A stretch of DNA of 64,000 nt from Turneriella sp. Lineage in GTDB: Bacteria > Spirochaetota > Leptospiria > Turneriellales > Turneriellaceae. Each line of letters starts with the position of its first letter. The first letter of the stretch is position 1. The position numbers and the translations under genes are program-made. The stretch is taken from the NCBI GenBank assembly GCA_965279515.1, contig CBDIID010000003.1, forward strand, positions 2,400,001 to 2,464,000, read 5' to 3'. Shown one piece after another: positions 1 to 9,946 of the stretch. The notes beneath the pieces are model-generated. The model had not been told where the DNA came from, made no database searches, and worked only from the letters and a program-made list of their open reading frames with translations.

Positions 1-1016
1 AGCGGCGCCGCGCGGCCTTGCAGTTTTTTATCTATACATTTGTATCGTCAGCCTTTATGGTCGCGGCCTTCGCTGCGCTGGTTTATTATACACCCCGCAT
101 CGGCGGTGATTTTGATTTTCGCTCGAACTTTGCTGGCGAAATCAATATGATGCAGCCCGAAAAACAGCAATTGCTGTTTTTGTTCTTTATGGCCGCATTC
201 CTTGTGAAGATGCCGGTATTTCCATTCCATGCATGGTTACCGCTCACGCACACCCAGGCGCCGCTGGGCACGTTACTGCTTTCCGGCCTGTTTCTAAAGC
301 TCGGCTCTTATGGTGTGCTGCGTTTTGTAACGCCGAATTTTTCCGGAGTTCTCGCCGAATGGGGATCCCTCTTCACGATCCTGGGCCTCATTTCCATGTT
401 CTACGGAGCCTTTGCTGCATACCGGCAGAAATCTTTTCGTTATGTTATCGCCTATTCGTCACTGGCGCACATGGGACTCTTGCTTGCCGGCGCTTTGACG
501 CGGCACGAATACGCAACCAGCGGGGCTATTATTCAGAATGTCGGGCACAGCCTCGCAAATGCTTTGCTCTTTATCATTGTCTGCATGCACCTCGTACGGG
601 GCAAATCGGACGATGTTGCCGCTATCAATCCGCCGAAGAGCTTTTTGTATTGGGCGGCATTTTCCATCGCGCTTTTTTCTGCCATCGGTGTACCGGGAAC
701 CATTGGGTTTGTCGGGGAATTCATGATACTGTTCGGTTTATCGTTCAAGTCATGGACTTTGACTATCGCGGCGGTGCTGACCCTGGTTCTCAGCGCCGCA
801 TACATGCTGCGTCTCTTCCACAAGGTACGTGCGCGCGCAGCCGATACCAGCTGGAGCCCAACGCTACTGGAACGGGCCTGCCTTGTCCTCATTTCAGTGG
901 CAATTTTATGGTTCGGTATTTACCCCTCGCTGTTGGGTGAATATGCGCGTGCCACATCAAAAACTCTGAATGTCAATGTTATCAATTCCCCTGCACCGGA
1001 GACAAAGCCCCGATGA
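1..1016 (+). CDS. nuoM: NADH-quinone oxidoreductase subunit M (5' end probably outside window)
   Basis: Multi-TM protein with motifs AFLVKMPVFPFHAWLP, LKLGSYG, IAYSSLAHMG, GVPGTIGFVGEF; frame is open back to the window start; precedes nuoN. Confidence 0.9.
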   Translation, partial: RRRAALQFFIYTFVSSAFMVAAFAALVYYTPRIGGDFDFRSNFAGEINMMQPEKQQLLFLFFMAAFLVKMPVFPFHAWLPLTHTQAPLGTLLLSGLFLKLGSYGVLRFVTPNFSGVLAEWGSLFTILGLISMFYGAFAAYRQKSFRYVIAYSSLAHMGLLLAGALTRHEYATSGAIIQNVGHSLANALLFIIVCMHLVRGKSDDVAAINPPKSFLYWAAFSIALFSAIGVPGTIGFVGEFMILFGLSFKSWTLTIAAVLTLVLSAAYMLRLFHKVRARAADTSWSPTLLERACLVLISVAILWFGIYPSLLGEYARATSKTLNVNVINSPAPETKPR

Positions 1017-2554
1017 CGCTCTCATGGAATGACCTGATCGCGATGGCGCCACAGACATTGCTTGTACTGGGCGGTCTCGGTGTGCTGATCAGCCAGATGT
1101 TATTGAAATCGGGCAGGGCGCGCATCGCCTGGCAGTTGACAGTTGTCACCTTAGCCGCAGCGATACTGGTTGTTGTCGTCGGCCTCAGTGACAGCAAAGG
1201 TGTCACGACATTACTGCCGAGGGCATTTCTGGGCACAGATGTTGTCTCGGCAATCAACGGAACATACCGGTACTCCGTTTTCAGCGCCAATGCCATCCTG
1301 CTTTTTCTGGTTCTGGCGCTCGTCGCCGTCCTGTTCATGCGGCAGATCATGCCGGCGCTGGAACTCAATTTTCCGGAGAACTATTTTCTGATTCTCATGA
1401 GCGTAGCAGGGTATAGCTATTCTATCTGCGCTGAAGATCTGATCACACTGTTTATCGGCCTTGAACTGGGATCGCTCCCTTTGCTTGTGCTCATCGGTCT
1501 TAACCGCCAGGATAAGGCGACTAACGAGGCCGCCCTCAAGTACCTGCTGCTTTCTGCTTTCGCGATGGCGTTTTTGCTGCTCGGCATTGCCCTCGTCTAC
1601 GGCGCCAATGCCACTGTCAGGCTGCGGGACATCAGGGAAATTGGACCGCATTTCCTCAAAGTCAGGGTGATGACGCTCGCCTATGCGTTTATCTTCACAG
1701 GATTCTTCTTTAAACTGGCGGCATTTCCGCTGCACAGTTATGTCGCAGATGTCTACGAAGGCTCGGTGACGGTATTCACCGGTATTCTCGCCTCGCTGTC
1801 AAAAGCCGCAGGCGCTCTGATTCTGCTGAAGATTTATTACGGCGTTCACGACGGTTACCGGCAGTATTTCGCGCCAATTCTGATGTTTGCTGCAATCGGT
1901 TCGATGCTCTTCGGGGCTTTTGCTTCACTCGCCACACAGAACCTCAAGCGGATTCTCGCATACTCGTCGATCGGCCACGCGGGCTTTATGTTATGCTTCT
2001 TTATCACGCCCGCAGCCACAGATGGCAGCATTATCGGAGCGCTGAAGCAGGAAGCGGGGTCTGCGCTTTATATCTACCTTGTCGGATATACTTTTGCCTC
2101 TTTGCTCGCGTTCGGGACGATTGCATTTATCGAACGATCGCTGCCTCCGGGTACGCCAGTAACTTTGGATTCCTTATCAAATCTGTACCGCCGCGACCAA
2201 GGTGCAGCAATTGCACTCGGTATCAGTGTCTTATCTTTTATGGGCATGCCTCCCCTGGCCGGTTTTCTGGGAAAATTCTTTCTGTTTAAATACCTGGCGT
2301 TTTCGAACAATATGCTTTTGGCTGCTGCTGCTGCTGCTGCGAGTGCAATCTCCGTATACGCATATATCCGCATTCTGCGGCCGGTCTTTTTCAGCGAAGA
2401 TACAGCGGAAACGGCAGATAAGGCACGGCCATTCGTTATCCGCGATGCGGCGCGTCTAGCCGCCGGTTTTCTCCTCGGAGCTCTGTGTTTTTTTGCAGCT
2501 TTCTCGTCTTTTTTATACAATAATGGCATTCCGGCCATTCAAAAAATTTACTAA
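1013..2554 (+). CDS. nuoN: NADH-quinone oxidoreductase subunit N
   Basis: Motifs EAALKYLLL, FKLAAFPLH, KRILAYSSIGHAG, GMPPLAGFLGKF; ATGA overlap with nuoM. Confidence 0.92.
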   Translation: MTLSWNDLIAMAPQTLLVLGGLGVLISQMLLKSGRARIAWQLTVVTLAAAILVVVVGLSDSKGVTTLLPRAFLGTDVVSAINGTYRYSVFSANAILLFLVLALVAVLFMRQIMPALELNFPENYFLILMSVAGYSYSICAEDLITLFIGLELGSLPLLVLIGLNRQDKATNEAALKYLLLSAFAMAFLLLGIALVYGANATVRLRDIREIGPHFLKVRVMTLAYAFIFTGFFFKLAAFPLHSYVADVYEGSVTVFTGILASLSKAAGALILLKIYYGVHDGYRQYFAPILMFAAIGSMLFGAFASLATQNLKRILAYSSIGHAGFMLCFFITPAATDGSIIGALKQEAGSALYIYLVGYTFASLLAFGTIAFIERSLPPGTPVTLDSLSNLYRRDQGAAIALGISVLSFMGMPPLAGFLGKFFLFKYLAFSNNMLLAAAAAAASAISVYAYIRILRPVFFSEDTAETADKARPFVIRDAARLAAGFLLGALCFFAAFSSFLYNNGIPAIQKIY

Positions 2555-2569
2555 ATTTCAGAGGGAAAA

Positions 2570-3754
2570 ATGTTCAGAAAATTGAACCAACGTAAATTCA
2601 AATTCTCCACTATGGGGATAGCCAATCTGACGATGTTTGTCTTTCTCATCGGCGTGGCGTTCTCGCCGTTTGCAGGCACCTGCGGTAGCGGCTCGATCGC
2701 CGAAGCGGCAACGGATAACCCGCTCCTTAAGTCCGATGCCGTCAGCTATGCGCTGAAATTCCAGGATGCAATCCGTGAAATTTACAAAGAAGTGAATCCT
2801 GCGGTGATACGCATTGAGACTGAACAGACCGTCGAAGTCAACCACCCCTTTTTCAACGATCCCATGTTCCGCCGCTTCTTCCAGGTACCCGAAGGGCAGC
2901 AAAAACAAAAACGCGCCGGCCTGGGTTCGGGCTTCATCGTTTCACCCGACGGCTTCGCGGTAACAAACCACCACGTCGTGCAACGCGTTGACAAAATCAC
3001 CGTGAAACTCACCAACGGGAAAGAATACCAGGCAAAGCTGATCGGCTCTGACCCGAATTCAGATATCGCGCTCATCAAAATCGACGGCGCAAAAAACCTC
3101 AAGACGGCGCACCTCGGCGATTCGGATAAGATTGAGGTCGGTGATTTCGCTCTCGCGATCGGAAATCCCTTCGGTCTCCAGTCAACACTGACAACGGGAA
3201 TCATTTCCTCCAAAGGTCAGGACGTGAACTCCGCCGACGGCGTTAGCCGCATCCAGACCGATGCCTCGATCAACCCTGGTAATTCCGGCGGGCCGCTCCT
3301 CAATATCCGAGGTGAAGTTATCGGTATCAACCAGATGATCTATTCACAGTCGGGTGGCAGCGTCGGTATCGGTTTCGCGATACCCATCAACCACGCAAAA
3401 CATATCATCGATAAACTGAAATCCGGCAAGAAAATCCGCCAGGGTTATGTCGGTGTCTCGGTTGACCCCGAGGCGACGGATGAAAAGCTCAAACACCTCG
3501 GCGTTTCCGGGAAAACAGGTATTATCGTTGCCCAGGTGGTCATCGGCTCACCGGCTTTCAAAGCAGGCATTGTCGCGAATGATTTTATTACCCATGTCGA
3601 CGGTAAACCCGCCGATAAATTTTCCGTGCTCAAGTCAACGGTGCTGCAAAAAGGTGTCGGCGGAGAAATCGAAATCAAGCTGCTGCGCCAGGGGAAAGAA
3701 ATTTCCGTCACGGTAAAAATCGCCGAAGCGCCACAGCAGCAACCGCAGCAGTGA
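2570..3754 (+). CDS. htrA: HtrA/DegP-family serine protease (trypsin domain + one PDZ)
   Basis: GSGF, TNHHV, DIAL, IQTDASINPGNSGGPL; C-terminal PDZ-like region (GSPAFKAGI). Confidence 0.92.
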   Translation: MFRKLNQRKFKFSTMGIANLTMFVFLIGVAFSPFAGTCGSGSIAEAATDNPLLKSDAVSYALKFQDAIREIYKEVNPAVIRIETEQTVEVNHPFFNDPMFRRFFQVPEGQQKQKRAGLGSGFIVSPDGFAVTNHHVVQRVDKITVKLTNGKEYQAKLIGSDPNSDIALIKIDGAKNLKTAHLGDSDKIEVGDFALAIGNPFGLQSTLTTGIISSKGQDVNSADGVSRIQTDASINPGNSGGPLLNIRGEVIGINQMIYSQSGGSVGIGFAIPINHAKHIIDKLKSGKKIRQGYVGVSVDPEATDEKLKHLGVSGKTGIIVAQVVIGSPAFKAGIVANDFITHVDGKPADKFSVLKSTVLQKGVGGEIEIKLLRQGKEISVTVKIAEAPQQQPQQ

Positions 3755-3800
3755 CGCTGACCGGTGCGACAGGATGTCGCCGGGTTAACGTCCGGCACGG

Positions 3801-4577
3801 ATGCCGTCTATGACGTTAACCGTCGACGTCGGTAATTCGCATACCGTCGTCGGCTTATGGAAAGACGGGGGGCTCAATCAAACCCTGCGCCTTTCCACCG
3901 ATGCGCGGCGCACCGCAGATGAATGGCGCATTCTGCTCTCGGCCTGGCTTAAAGAGGCCGGGAACGACGGCAGAGTATTGCGTGCGGCATTTTGCTCCGT
4001 CGTACCTGCAGCGAGTTCGGCGCTCGGTGACGCCGTCAGGGTGCTCGGCGTCAAAGAGCCGCTGTGGGTTTCATCAGAAATTAAGCTAAACTTCGGTTTT
4101 AATTATCCCCAGGCCCAGACATTAGGCGCAGACCGTATTGCTGATTTGATTGCGGCAAAACATTTTTTCGGCGACAACTGCATTGCCGTGGATTTCGGCA
4201 CGGCAATTACCTTCTCTGTGCTGACCGCAGGGATTTTCCAGGGCGGCGTCATCGCCCCCGGTATTACCTCTTCGCTCGAGGCGCTGTTCAGCTCAACGGC
4301 AAAACTCCCGAAGATTTTATTCCACCAGACCAAAAACGGTATCGGCAAATCAACGGGTGAATCCATCGAGATCGGCGCCTTCGTCGGCTGGCGGGGCGTG
4401 GTGCGGGAAATTCTCGCGGAAATCAAACGGGAGCTTCCGGGCTCCGGGATAAACCACAAGGTAATCGCAACGGGGGGAATTTCAGAGAGCCTCGAATTCG
4501 CCCCGGATTTTTTTGACGTCGTGGACAAAAACCTGACTCTGAAAGGGCTTTACCTTGCGGCCGAAGAAACGCTCTAA
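3801..4577 (+). CDS. coaX: Type III pantothenate kinase
   Basis: DVGNS, LGADR, VDFGTAIT, GGVIAPG, IATGG motifs. Confidence 0.93.
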   Translation: MPSMTLTVDVGNSHTVVGLWKDGGLNQTLRLSTDARRTADEWRILLSAWLKEAGNDGRVLRAAFCSVVPAASSALGDAVRVLGVKEPLWVSSEIKLNFGFNYPQAQTLGADRIADLIAAKHFFGDNCIAVDFGTAITFSVLTAGIFQGGVIAPGITSSLEALFSSTAKLPKILFHQTKNGIGKSTGESIEIGAFVGWRGVVREILAEIKRELPGSGINHKVIATGGISESLEFAPDFFDVVDKNLTLKGLYLAAEETL

Positions 4578-4589
4578 GCCGAGCGGTTC

Positions 4590-5804
4590 ATGAAAATCAG
4601 AATCCCCCGCATCTATAGCCTCGACGTTTACCTGTTGCGGCATTTTCTGCCCTCGCTTGCTGTCGCCTGCGCATTCTTCACTTTTATCGTCCTGGTCTTT
4701 TTTTTGAAGGAGACCATCAAACACGCCGTAGAGAAGAATCTTGATTTTTGGATCATCCTGGAGCTCTGCTGGTATGCGCTCGGCTGGACACTGACGCTGA
4801 CGATACCGATGGCTTTTCTGCTTTCCACAATTCTCACCGTGGGCTCCCTGAACGCCGATTCAGAGATTATCGCCATGCGCGCGGGTGGTATCACATATCC
4901 GCGCATTTTGCGGCCTTTTCTGACCGTGGCGATTGTGATCGGCGCGTTTCTCGTCTGGTTCTCCAACTTCGTCGTGCCTGCGTTCGCCGACAACATGGAA
5001 AACATGCGCAATTTTATTCTCACGACCGACCCGATCGCCGCGATACAGCCGGGTCAGTTCATCACGCTCGACAAACGCGAGAGCTTTGTGCGCAAAATCT
5101 ATATTGAAAAGACGACGAAGAACAAACTGACTCCCGGCGAAACTCTCGAAAATATCCAGGTGCGCAAAATCGGTCATGTCGGTAAGATACGCCAGCTCAG
5201 CGAAATCATCATCGCCAAGGAAGGCCGGAAAGTCCTGAAACAGACGACGCAGGGCGAATGGGTAAAAGCGCTCCGGCTCACCAAGGGTTATCTCTTCAGT
5301 ACGGGCAGCGACGGGACTTTTCAGCGCATCGATTTCTCAAACGGCATGTTCGACCTGAACATCCAGGAGCCTGAGAAGATCAAGAAAATGAAGAAGATCG
5401 ACGACATGGGTTCACTGACGCTGCCGCAGCTCATGGCAAGCTTCGAGACCATCAAAGCCTATCCTGAAGCGGAGAAACTGAAACGGAAGGCCGAGCTCGA
5501 GCTGCATAAACGTTTTGCGCTGGCATTTTCCGTTATTGTGTTCGTACTCATGGGATTTCCCCTCGCCATAGTCAACCGCCGCAGCGGCAAGGGCATGGGC
5601 CTCGGCATCTCGGTGATTTTTATCTTCGCCTACTTTGCGCTGTTCCTGTCGGCCGATACGTTTGCTATACAGAAAAACCTGGTGCCGCCCTGGCTCGCAG
5701 CGCATGCAGCCAATATTCTTCTGGGTTCAGCGGCGGCGATCTTTGCGCTGCGCCGGCTGATGGAATTTTCATTCCGCAGGGCGCTGGGCTTTAAAAAAGA
5801 GTAA
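4590..5804 (+). CDS. LptF/LptG-family LPS export permease
   Basis: 3 TM + periplasmic domain + 3 TM; DSEIIAMRAGG, ELHKRFA motifs. Confidence 0.88.
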   Translation: MKIRIPRIYSLDVYLLRHFLPSLAVACAFFTFIVLVFFLKETIKHAVEKNLDFWIILELCWYALGWTLTLTIPMAFLLSTILTVGSLNADSEIIAMRAGGITYPRILRPFLTVAIVIGAFLVWFSNFVVPAFADNMENMRNFILTTDPIAAIQPGQFITLDKRESFVRKIYIEKTTKNKLTPGETLENIQVRKIGHVGKIRQLSEIIIAKEGRKVLKQTTQGEWVKALRLTKGYLFSTGSDGTFQRIDFSNGMFDLNIQEPEKIKKMKKIDDMGSLTLPQLMASFETIKAYPEAEKLKRKAELELHKRFALAFSVIVFVLMGFPLAIVNRRSGKGMGLGISVIFIFAYFALFLSADTFAIQKNLVPPWLAAHAANILLGSAAAIFALRRLMEFSFRRALGFKKE

Positions 5805-5807
5805 CGG

Positions 5808-6884
5808 CTAGCCCGCGTGCATCGCAATCATGCGCGCAAAACTGTTGTAAGATACCGAATTTTGTTTGGTGAATTCAACCCCATATTTGAAGGCCGCACC
5901 GGGTACGTCGGTGGCTTCGTGGCGGCGCCAGCGGATTTCGCCCTTCAGGTCGATGATCTTGTCGGGATGCTCTTCGGATATCACCCACACTGACATCGCC
6001 TGGTTTTCCCTGTAATCCATATACGACTGGAACGAAAGACCGCTCTGCGAGATATCGATGAGGAAAGGCGATTCGAAGAGTTCGGGAGCGCCCAACTCTG
6101 CATTGAAGGCGGAGATCCAGATCTGGCTGATGCCTTTTTTCCGCGGGTTCTTGCGCCGGTCGCGCTGAGGCTGGTCAAAGAATGCAAGAATTTTCTCGCG
6201 CAGCGCGCGGCGCGTAACGGGTTTCTGTACTAAGTATGCAATCTCGTTGAGAATCGCAGAATCGAGTACGCCCTGCGCCTGCGGGTCATAGAGCATGAAC
6301 ACGGGGACATCCGCATAAGATGCACGGAACTCTGTGAGCACCGCGCGAAAGGTATCATCGAGGGCAGCCGGTGAAAACACCGCGAGTTCCAGGGGCAGAT
6401 CTTTTTTATCACCCGGCAGTTTTTCGATCACTTCTGCGCCCAGCGCCTTGAGCAGGGAATCTGCAAGGGTATCGCCGCCGTTTTGAAAAACAAAAACGGA
6501 TTTTCCCGACAGTGGCCGAAAACGGAACTGGGTGAGAGCCTTCTCGAGGTTCAGCTGCGTGAATGGTTTCTCCAGCAGATGGTCCGTCGCCGAGAGTACT
6601 CCCATTTCGATTTTGCCGCGATCGACAAATTCATGGAGCAACAAAACGCGCAGCGAGCCATAATCTTGTTTGAGCCGCGGGAGTTTCACCGCTAACCCGG
6701 CATTCGCCGAATAGTGAACGACGAGTATGTTCTCAACATCATCGCTTGGGCGCAGGTCGTCGAGCCGTGCCACTTCGGTCACCTGAGCCCCCTGCGCGCT
6801 GATATAGCGCCCCAGCGCACCGGTTACAATCGCGCTTTCGCCATGCAGGAAAAAATTCGTATCAGTGAGGGGTTGTTGCGCCAT
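5808..6884 (-). CDS. PilZ-domain protein with degenerate receiver-like N-terminal domains
   Basis: RRKNPR (RxxxR), DISQSG (DxSxxG), YGVEF at C-terminus; two KP motifs (EKPF, QKPV) upstream. Confidence 0.75.
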   Translation of the reverse strand: MAQQPLTDTNFFLHGESAIVTGALGRYISAQGAQVTEVARLDDLRPSDDVENILVVHYSANAGLAVKLPRLKQDYGSLRVLLLHEFVDRGKIEMGVLSATDHLLEKPFTQLNLEKALTQFRFRPLSGKSVFVFQNGGDTLADSLLKALGAEVIEKLPGDKKDLPLELAVFSPAALDDTFRAVLTEFRASYADVPVFMLYDPQAQGVLDSAILNEIAYLVQKPVTRRALREKILAFFDQPQRDRRKNPRKKGISQIWISAFNAELGAPELFESPFLIDISQSGLSFQSYMDYRENQAMSVWVISEEHPDKIIDLKGEIRWRRHEATDVPGAAFKYGVEFTKQNSVSYNSFARMIAMHAG

Positions 6885-6929
6885 GGTGTCCGGACTGCGG
6901 CGTTAATATCGCCGGGACAACATGGGGCA

Positions 6930-7304
6930 TCAATTCATTTTAAGCGCGCTGCGCACCGAAGAGATCAGACGGTCTTCGGTAAATGGTTTGATGATAAAAT
7001 CGTGGGCACCCGCGGCCACTGCTTCTTTAATGAAACGGCTTTCGCCGAGGGCAGACACAACGATGACTTTGGTATCGGGTACGGCTTTTTTAACCAGCTT
7101 GGTCGCTTCAATGCCCCCCAGCGTTTTCATCGATAGGTCCATCGTAATCAGGTCGGGCTTTAGGTTTTCGGCCATCGCCACAACCTCGCTGCCATCAGAG
7201 GCTTCCCCTGAAACTTCAAAACCTTTGGATTCCAGATGCCTGCGAATCACCTGGCGCATATAGCCCGAATCATCGACTATAAGCACTTTCTTCTTATCGG
7301 ACAT
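6930..7304 (-). CDS. Single-domain response regulator (CheY-like)
   Basis: VLIVDDS, DLITMDLSM, VIVVSA, FIIKPF. Confidence 0.9.
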   Translation of the reverse strand: MSDKKKVLIVDDSGYMRQVIRRHLESKGFEVSGEASDGSEVVAMAENLKPDLITMDLSMKTLGGIEATKLVKKAVPDTKVIVVSALGESRFIKEAVAAGAHDFIIKPFTEDRLISSVRSALKMN

Positions 7305-7332
7305 AATATATAGTACGAAGGAAAACGCTCGT

Positions 7333-7578
7333 TTACGACTTCACTTTGCGATTTTTTATCGCAATCCAGATTTCAGGGAAATATGCGCCAATGATGATCA
7401 GCGCGAGGCCAATAAAGGTCGGGGTTTGGAACAGGCTGCGCTCGGTAATGCCGCTTGGACCCAGCTTAAAGGAGCCCCGGTCGAGGGCGATGAAGTTGAT
7501 ACTGAGGCCCCAGCCGATGACCATGAACACCAGTCCCAGAAGGTGCGCGAAGAAGTAGGTTTTGATTTTCTGCCACAT
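7333..7578 (-). CDS. Small two-TM hypothetical membrane protein
   Basis: 81 aa, two hydrophobic segments, co-oriented with the regulator genes. Confidence 0.6.
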   Translation of the reverse strand: MWQKIKTYFFAHLLGLVFMVIGWGLSINFIALDRGSFKLGPSGITERSLFQTPTFIGLALIIIGAYFPEIWIAIKNRKVKS

Positions 7579-7707
7579 AGAATAGGATTCATAACGAGAC
7601 TACCGCTGCAAGCGAAATTGTGCCGGCGCTCCCTGATTGAGACATAATTTGCAACAACCAATCGCCTTTTCACTTGACCCCGCAAAGCTTCACTCCGGGA
7701 TTCCGCC

Positions 7708-8208
7708 ATGCTGCCGGTAAAAGTTATTCATCTCGTAAAGCGGGTCGAACAGATTGACCGTGAAATCGCCGAATTACACCATCTTGTCGACGGTATCGAC
7801 ACGCAGCGGTCGTACCGCAACACGATGAAAATCGCCGCCGAGCAGCAGATCAATAACCTCGTCGGCGAAAAAGTAAAACTCATGGAGCTCAAGATTGAAA
7901 ATCCGCCGGATTTTCTCACTAAGCATGTTTTTGAAAGCGAAGAGAAAAAGATACCGCAGCCACGCGTGCCGCTCGACGCGCTGCTCGGTGCCTCGACCTC
8001 AACCTACGCGCCGCGCCATGAAATTCAGCTGAGTGATGAGCCGGCCGCGCCAAGCAATCCGCTGAAAAATTTTGCCCGCATGATGAACGTGGACGAGATT
8101 CTGCCGCGCACGAACTCTGACACGCAGATTAAACCCCGGCGCACCGAAAAAACCCAGGCAAAAACACGCGCCGAAATCCTACGCGATCTGCCACCGCTGC
8201 AATATTGA
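7708..8208 (+). CDS. Hypothetical protein with N-terminal coiled coil
   Basis: 166-aa ORF filling the gap; heptad-like N-terminus. Confidence 0.6.
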   Translation: MLPVKVIHLVKRVEQIDREIAELHHLVDGIDTQRSYRNTMKIAAEQQINNLVGEKVKLMELKIENPPDFLTKHVFESEEKKIPQPRVPLDALLGASTSTYAPRHEIQLSDEPAAPSNPLKNFARMMNVDEILPRTNSDTQIKPRRTEKTQAKTRAEILRDLPPLQY

Positions 8209-8237
8209 CGCGGCGCCGGACACCAGAATCCTGACTT

Positions 8238-9908
8238 ATGTTTAAATTTTCCGCGCGCACCGCCCTGGTCGCCGCAATGCTGCTCTGTGCGCCGCTGCTT
8301 ACCGCCGCACCTTACAAAAAGGGAATCAAACTCAACACGTTCTTTCGCATCAGCTCCGCGCCACCCATTGCGTTTCTGGAAAAGCATGGCATTACCATTC
8401 CCGATCTGATTACAGCCGCAGACCTCAAAGGTGAGCGCAACAAAGATCTGGCGCCGCTGCTCAATTCGCTGAAACCGGCAGATTTCCCGTACGCTTTTTT
8501 CTACACCAATGAATTCATGTTCACGCGCCGTTTTCCCGGCATCGTCGGTGTCAAGGTCGACAGCGCAGCATGGATGGCCCTGATCAAGATCGGCGCAGAG
8601 AAAAACCCCGGCGGGCGCACACTGATACGCAACCGCTTCTACAAAGTGCCGCGCGAAGACCTCGTGATGGAAATATTACCCGACGGTATTCTCATGCTAC
8701 CCAGCGAAGAAGCTGCGGCGATGCCTGAAATCAAATCACTCCGGGAACTGCACGATGCCATTGCCACGGATATGGGTATCAACCCCGATGCGGCGGCGTT
8801 TATTGAATACCATGAGAAATCCGAATTCAGCGATTTGACGGAGCGCCTGCGCGCGCTGATGGCCCGCCGTTCGGCCACCCTGCAATCACCGGGCATCGAG
8901 AAGATCCTGGTGCGCCTGATCAAGAACCCTTTCCTCAATGCCATGCTCAGTACGAAGCAGAGTTCACTACGGATCTCCCTCGCAGACGGCGTAACGCTGG
9001 CATCGGAATACACTCTCGGCGCTGCCAGCCACCGCGACGCTTTCATAAAATCGCTCTCTTCGCTGCAGGTGCTGGGCAGCATCGGTACAACTCTGGGTAT
9101 CGCCGCCTGGGAAGCGCGCGCAGGGGGACTTCCCCCTAAAGATGCAAATCTGAAAATCGCGATGGACCTGTTCCAGAAGTTTTCAGACTCGTTCGAACAG
9201 ATTCGTATCAGCGACCGCGAAGGCAAGGTAAGCCTGAGCTGGCAGTTTGTGAACGGCAAAGATATGATTCCGGCGATGCAACTCGCCAGGAGCATGATTG
9301 AAAAGCGCAAGGCCGAACAGCGCAACAGCGAGCGTATCGAGGCGATGCGCGACGAAGTTTGCGCAGCGCTGCAGCAGAAAGATAAAGAAAAATTCCGGGC
9401 GAAGGTGATTGCCTATGCGGAAATACTGCCTGCAGAAGAACACAAAATCTGGCGTATTCGGCAGTCATGCAGTGACGGTTCCGGCATTCTGCTTTCGGCG
9501 CTGGAATTCGGCGGCGAAGACACATTCCTGAAGCTCGTAAAACGACTGAAGTACCATGTCGGCTACGGAGCGATGGTGAACAGTAAAGGCAAAGGGTATC
9601 TGCACATTGCTGTTGAACGCCGCCACGAGCGGGCGTTGAAGCAGCTGCTCGACGACGGCATTCTGACAAACAGCGCCGATGCGGCGGGTAAGACACCCCT
9701 TATCTACGCGATCGAAAGCAAAAATACGGCGACCGTGAAGTTGCTGCTCGACCGTGGGGTACGGGTGTTCGCTGAAGACGACATAACTTTGGAGAAGAAG
9801 ACGCTTGCGGCGGCCGAGGCTTCAGGAAACGAAAAAATCCTGGAAATAATTCGGGCCGCGATTGAAAGCGAGAAGATGCTCCGCAAGAAACACGAGACAC
9901 AAAGCTAA
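8238..9908 (+). CDS. Secreted protein with C-terminal ankyrin repeats
   Basis: Signal peptide; GKGYLHIAV and GKTPLIYAIE...VKLLLDRG repeats. Confidence 0.78.
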   Translation: MFKFSARTALVAAMLLCAPLLTAAPYKKGIKLNTFFRISSAPPIAFLEKHGITIPDLITAADLKGERNKDLAPLLNSLKPADFPYAFFYTNEFMFTRRFPGIVGVKVDSAAWMALIKIGAEKNPGGRTLIRNRFYKVPREDLVMEILPDGILMLPSEEAAAMPEIKSLRELHDAIATDMGINPDAAAFIEYHEKSEFSDLTERLRALMARRSATLQSPGIEKILVRLIKNPFLNAMLSTKQSSLRISLADGVTLASEYTLGAASHRDAFIKSLSSLQVLGSIGTTLGIAAWEARAGGLPPKDANLKIAMDLFQKFSDSFEQIRISDREGKVSLSWQFVNGKDMIPAMQLARSMIEKRKAEQRNSERIEAMRDEVCAALQQKDKEKFRAKVIAYAEILPAEEHKIWRIRQSCSDGSGILLSALEFGGEDTFLKLVKRLKYHVGYGAMVNSKGKGYLHIAVERRHERALKQLLDDGILTNSADAAGKTPLIYAIESKNTATVKLLLDRGVRVFAEDDITLEKKTLAAAEASGNEKILEIIRAAIESEKMLRKKHETQS

Positions 9909-9946
9909 CGCTATCCGCTTGACAGACCCGGCGGAGTTTATCAGGG

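Noticed and set aside
2321..2340. (GCT)6 microsatellite in nuoN
   Set aside because: Encodes poly-Ala in a TM helix; frame-neutral and unremarkable.
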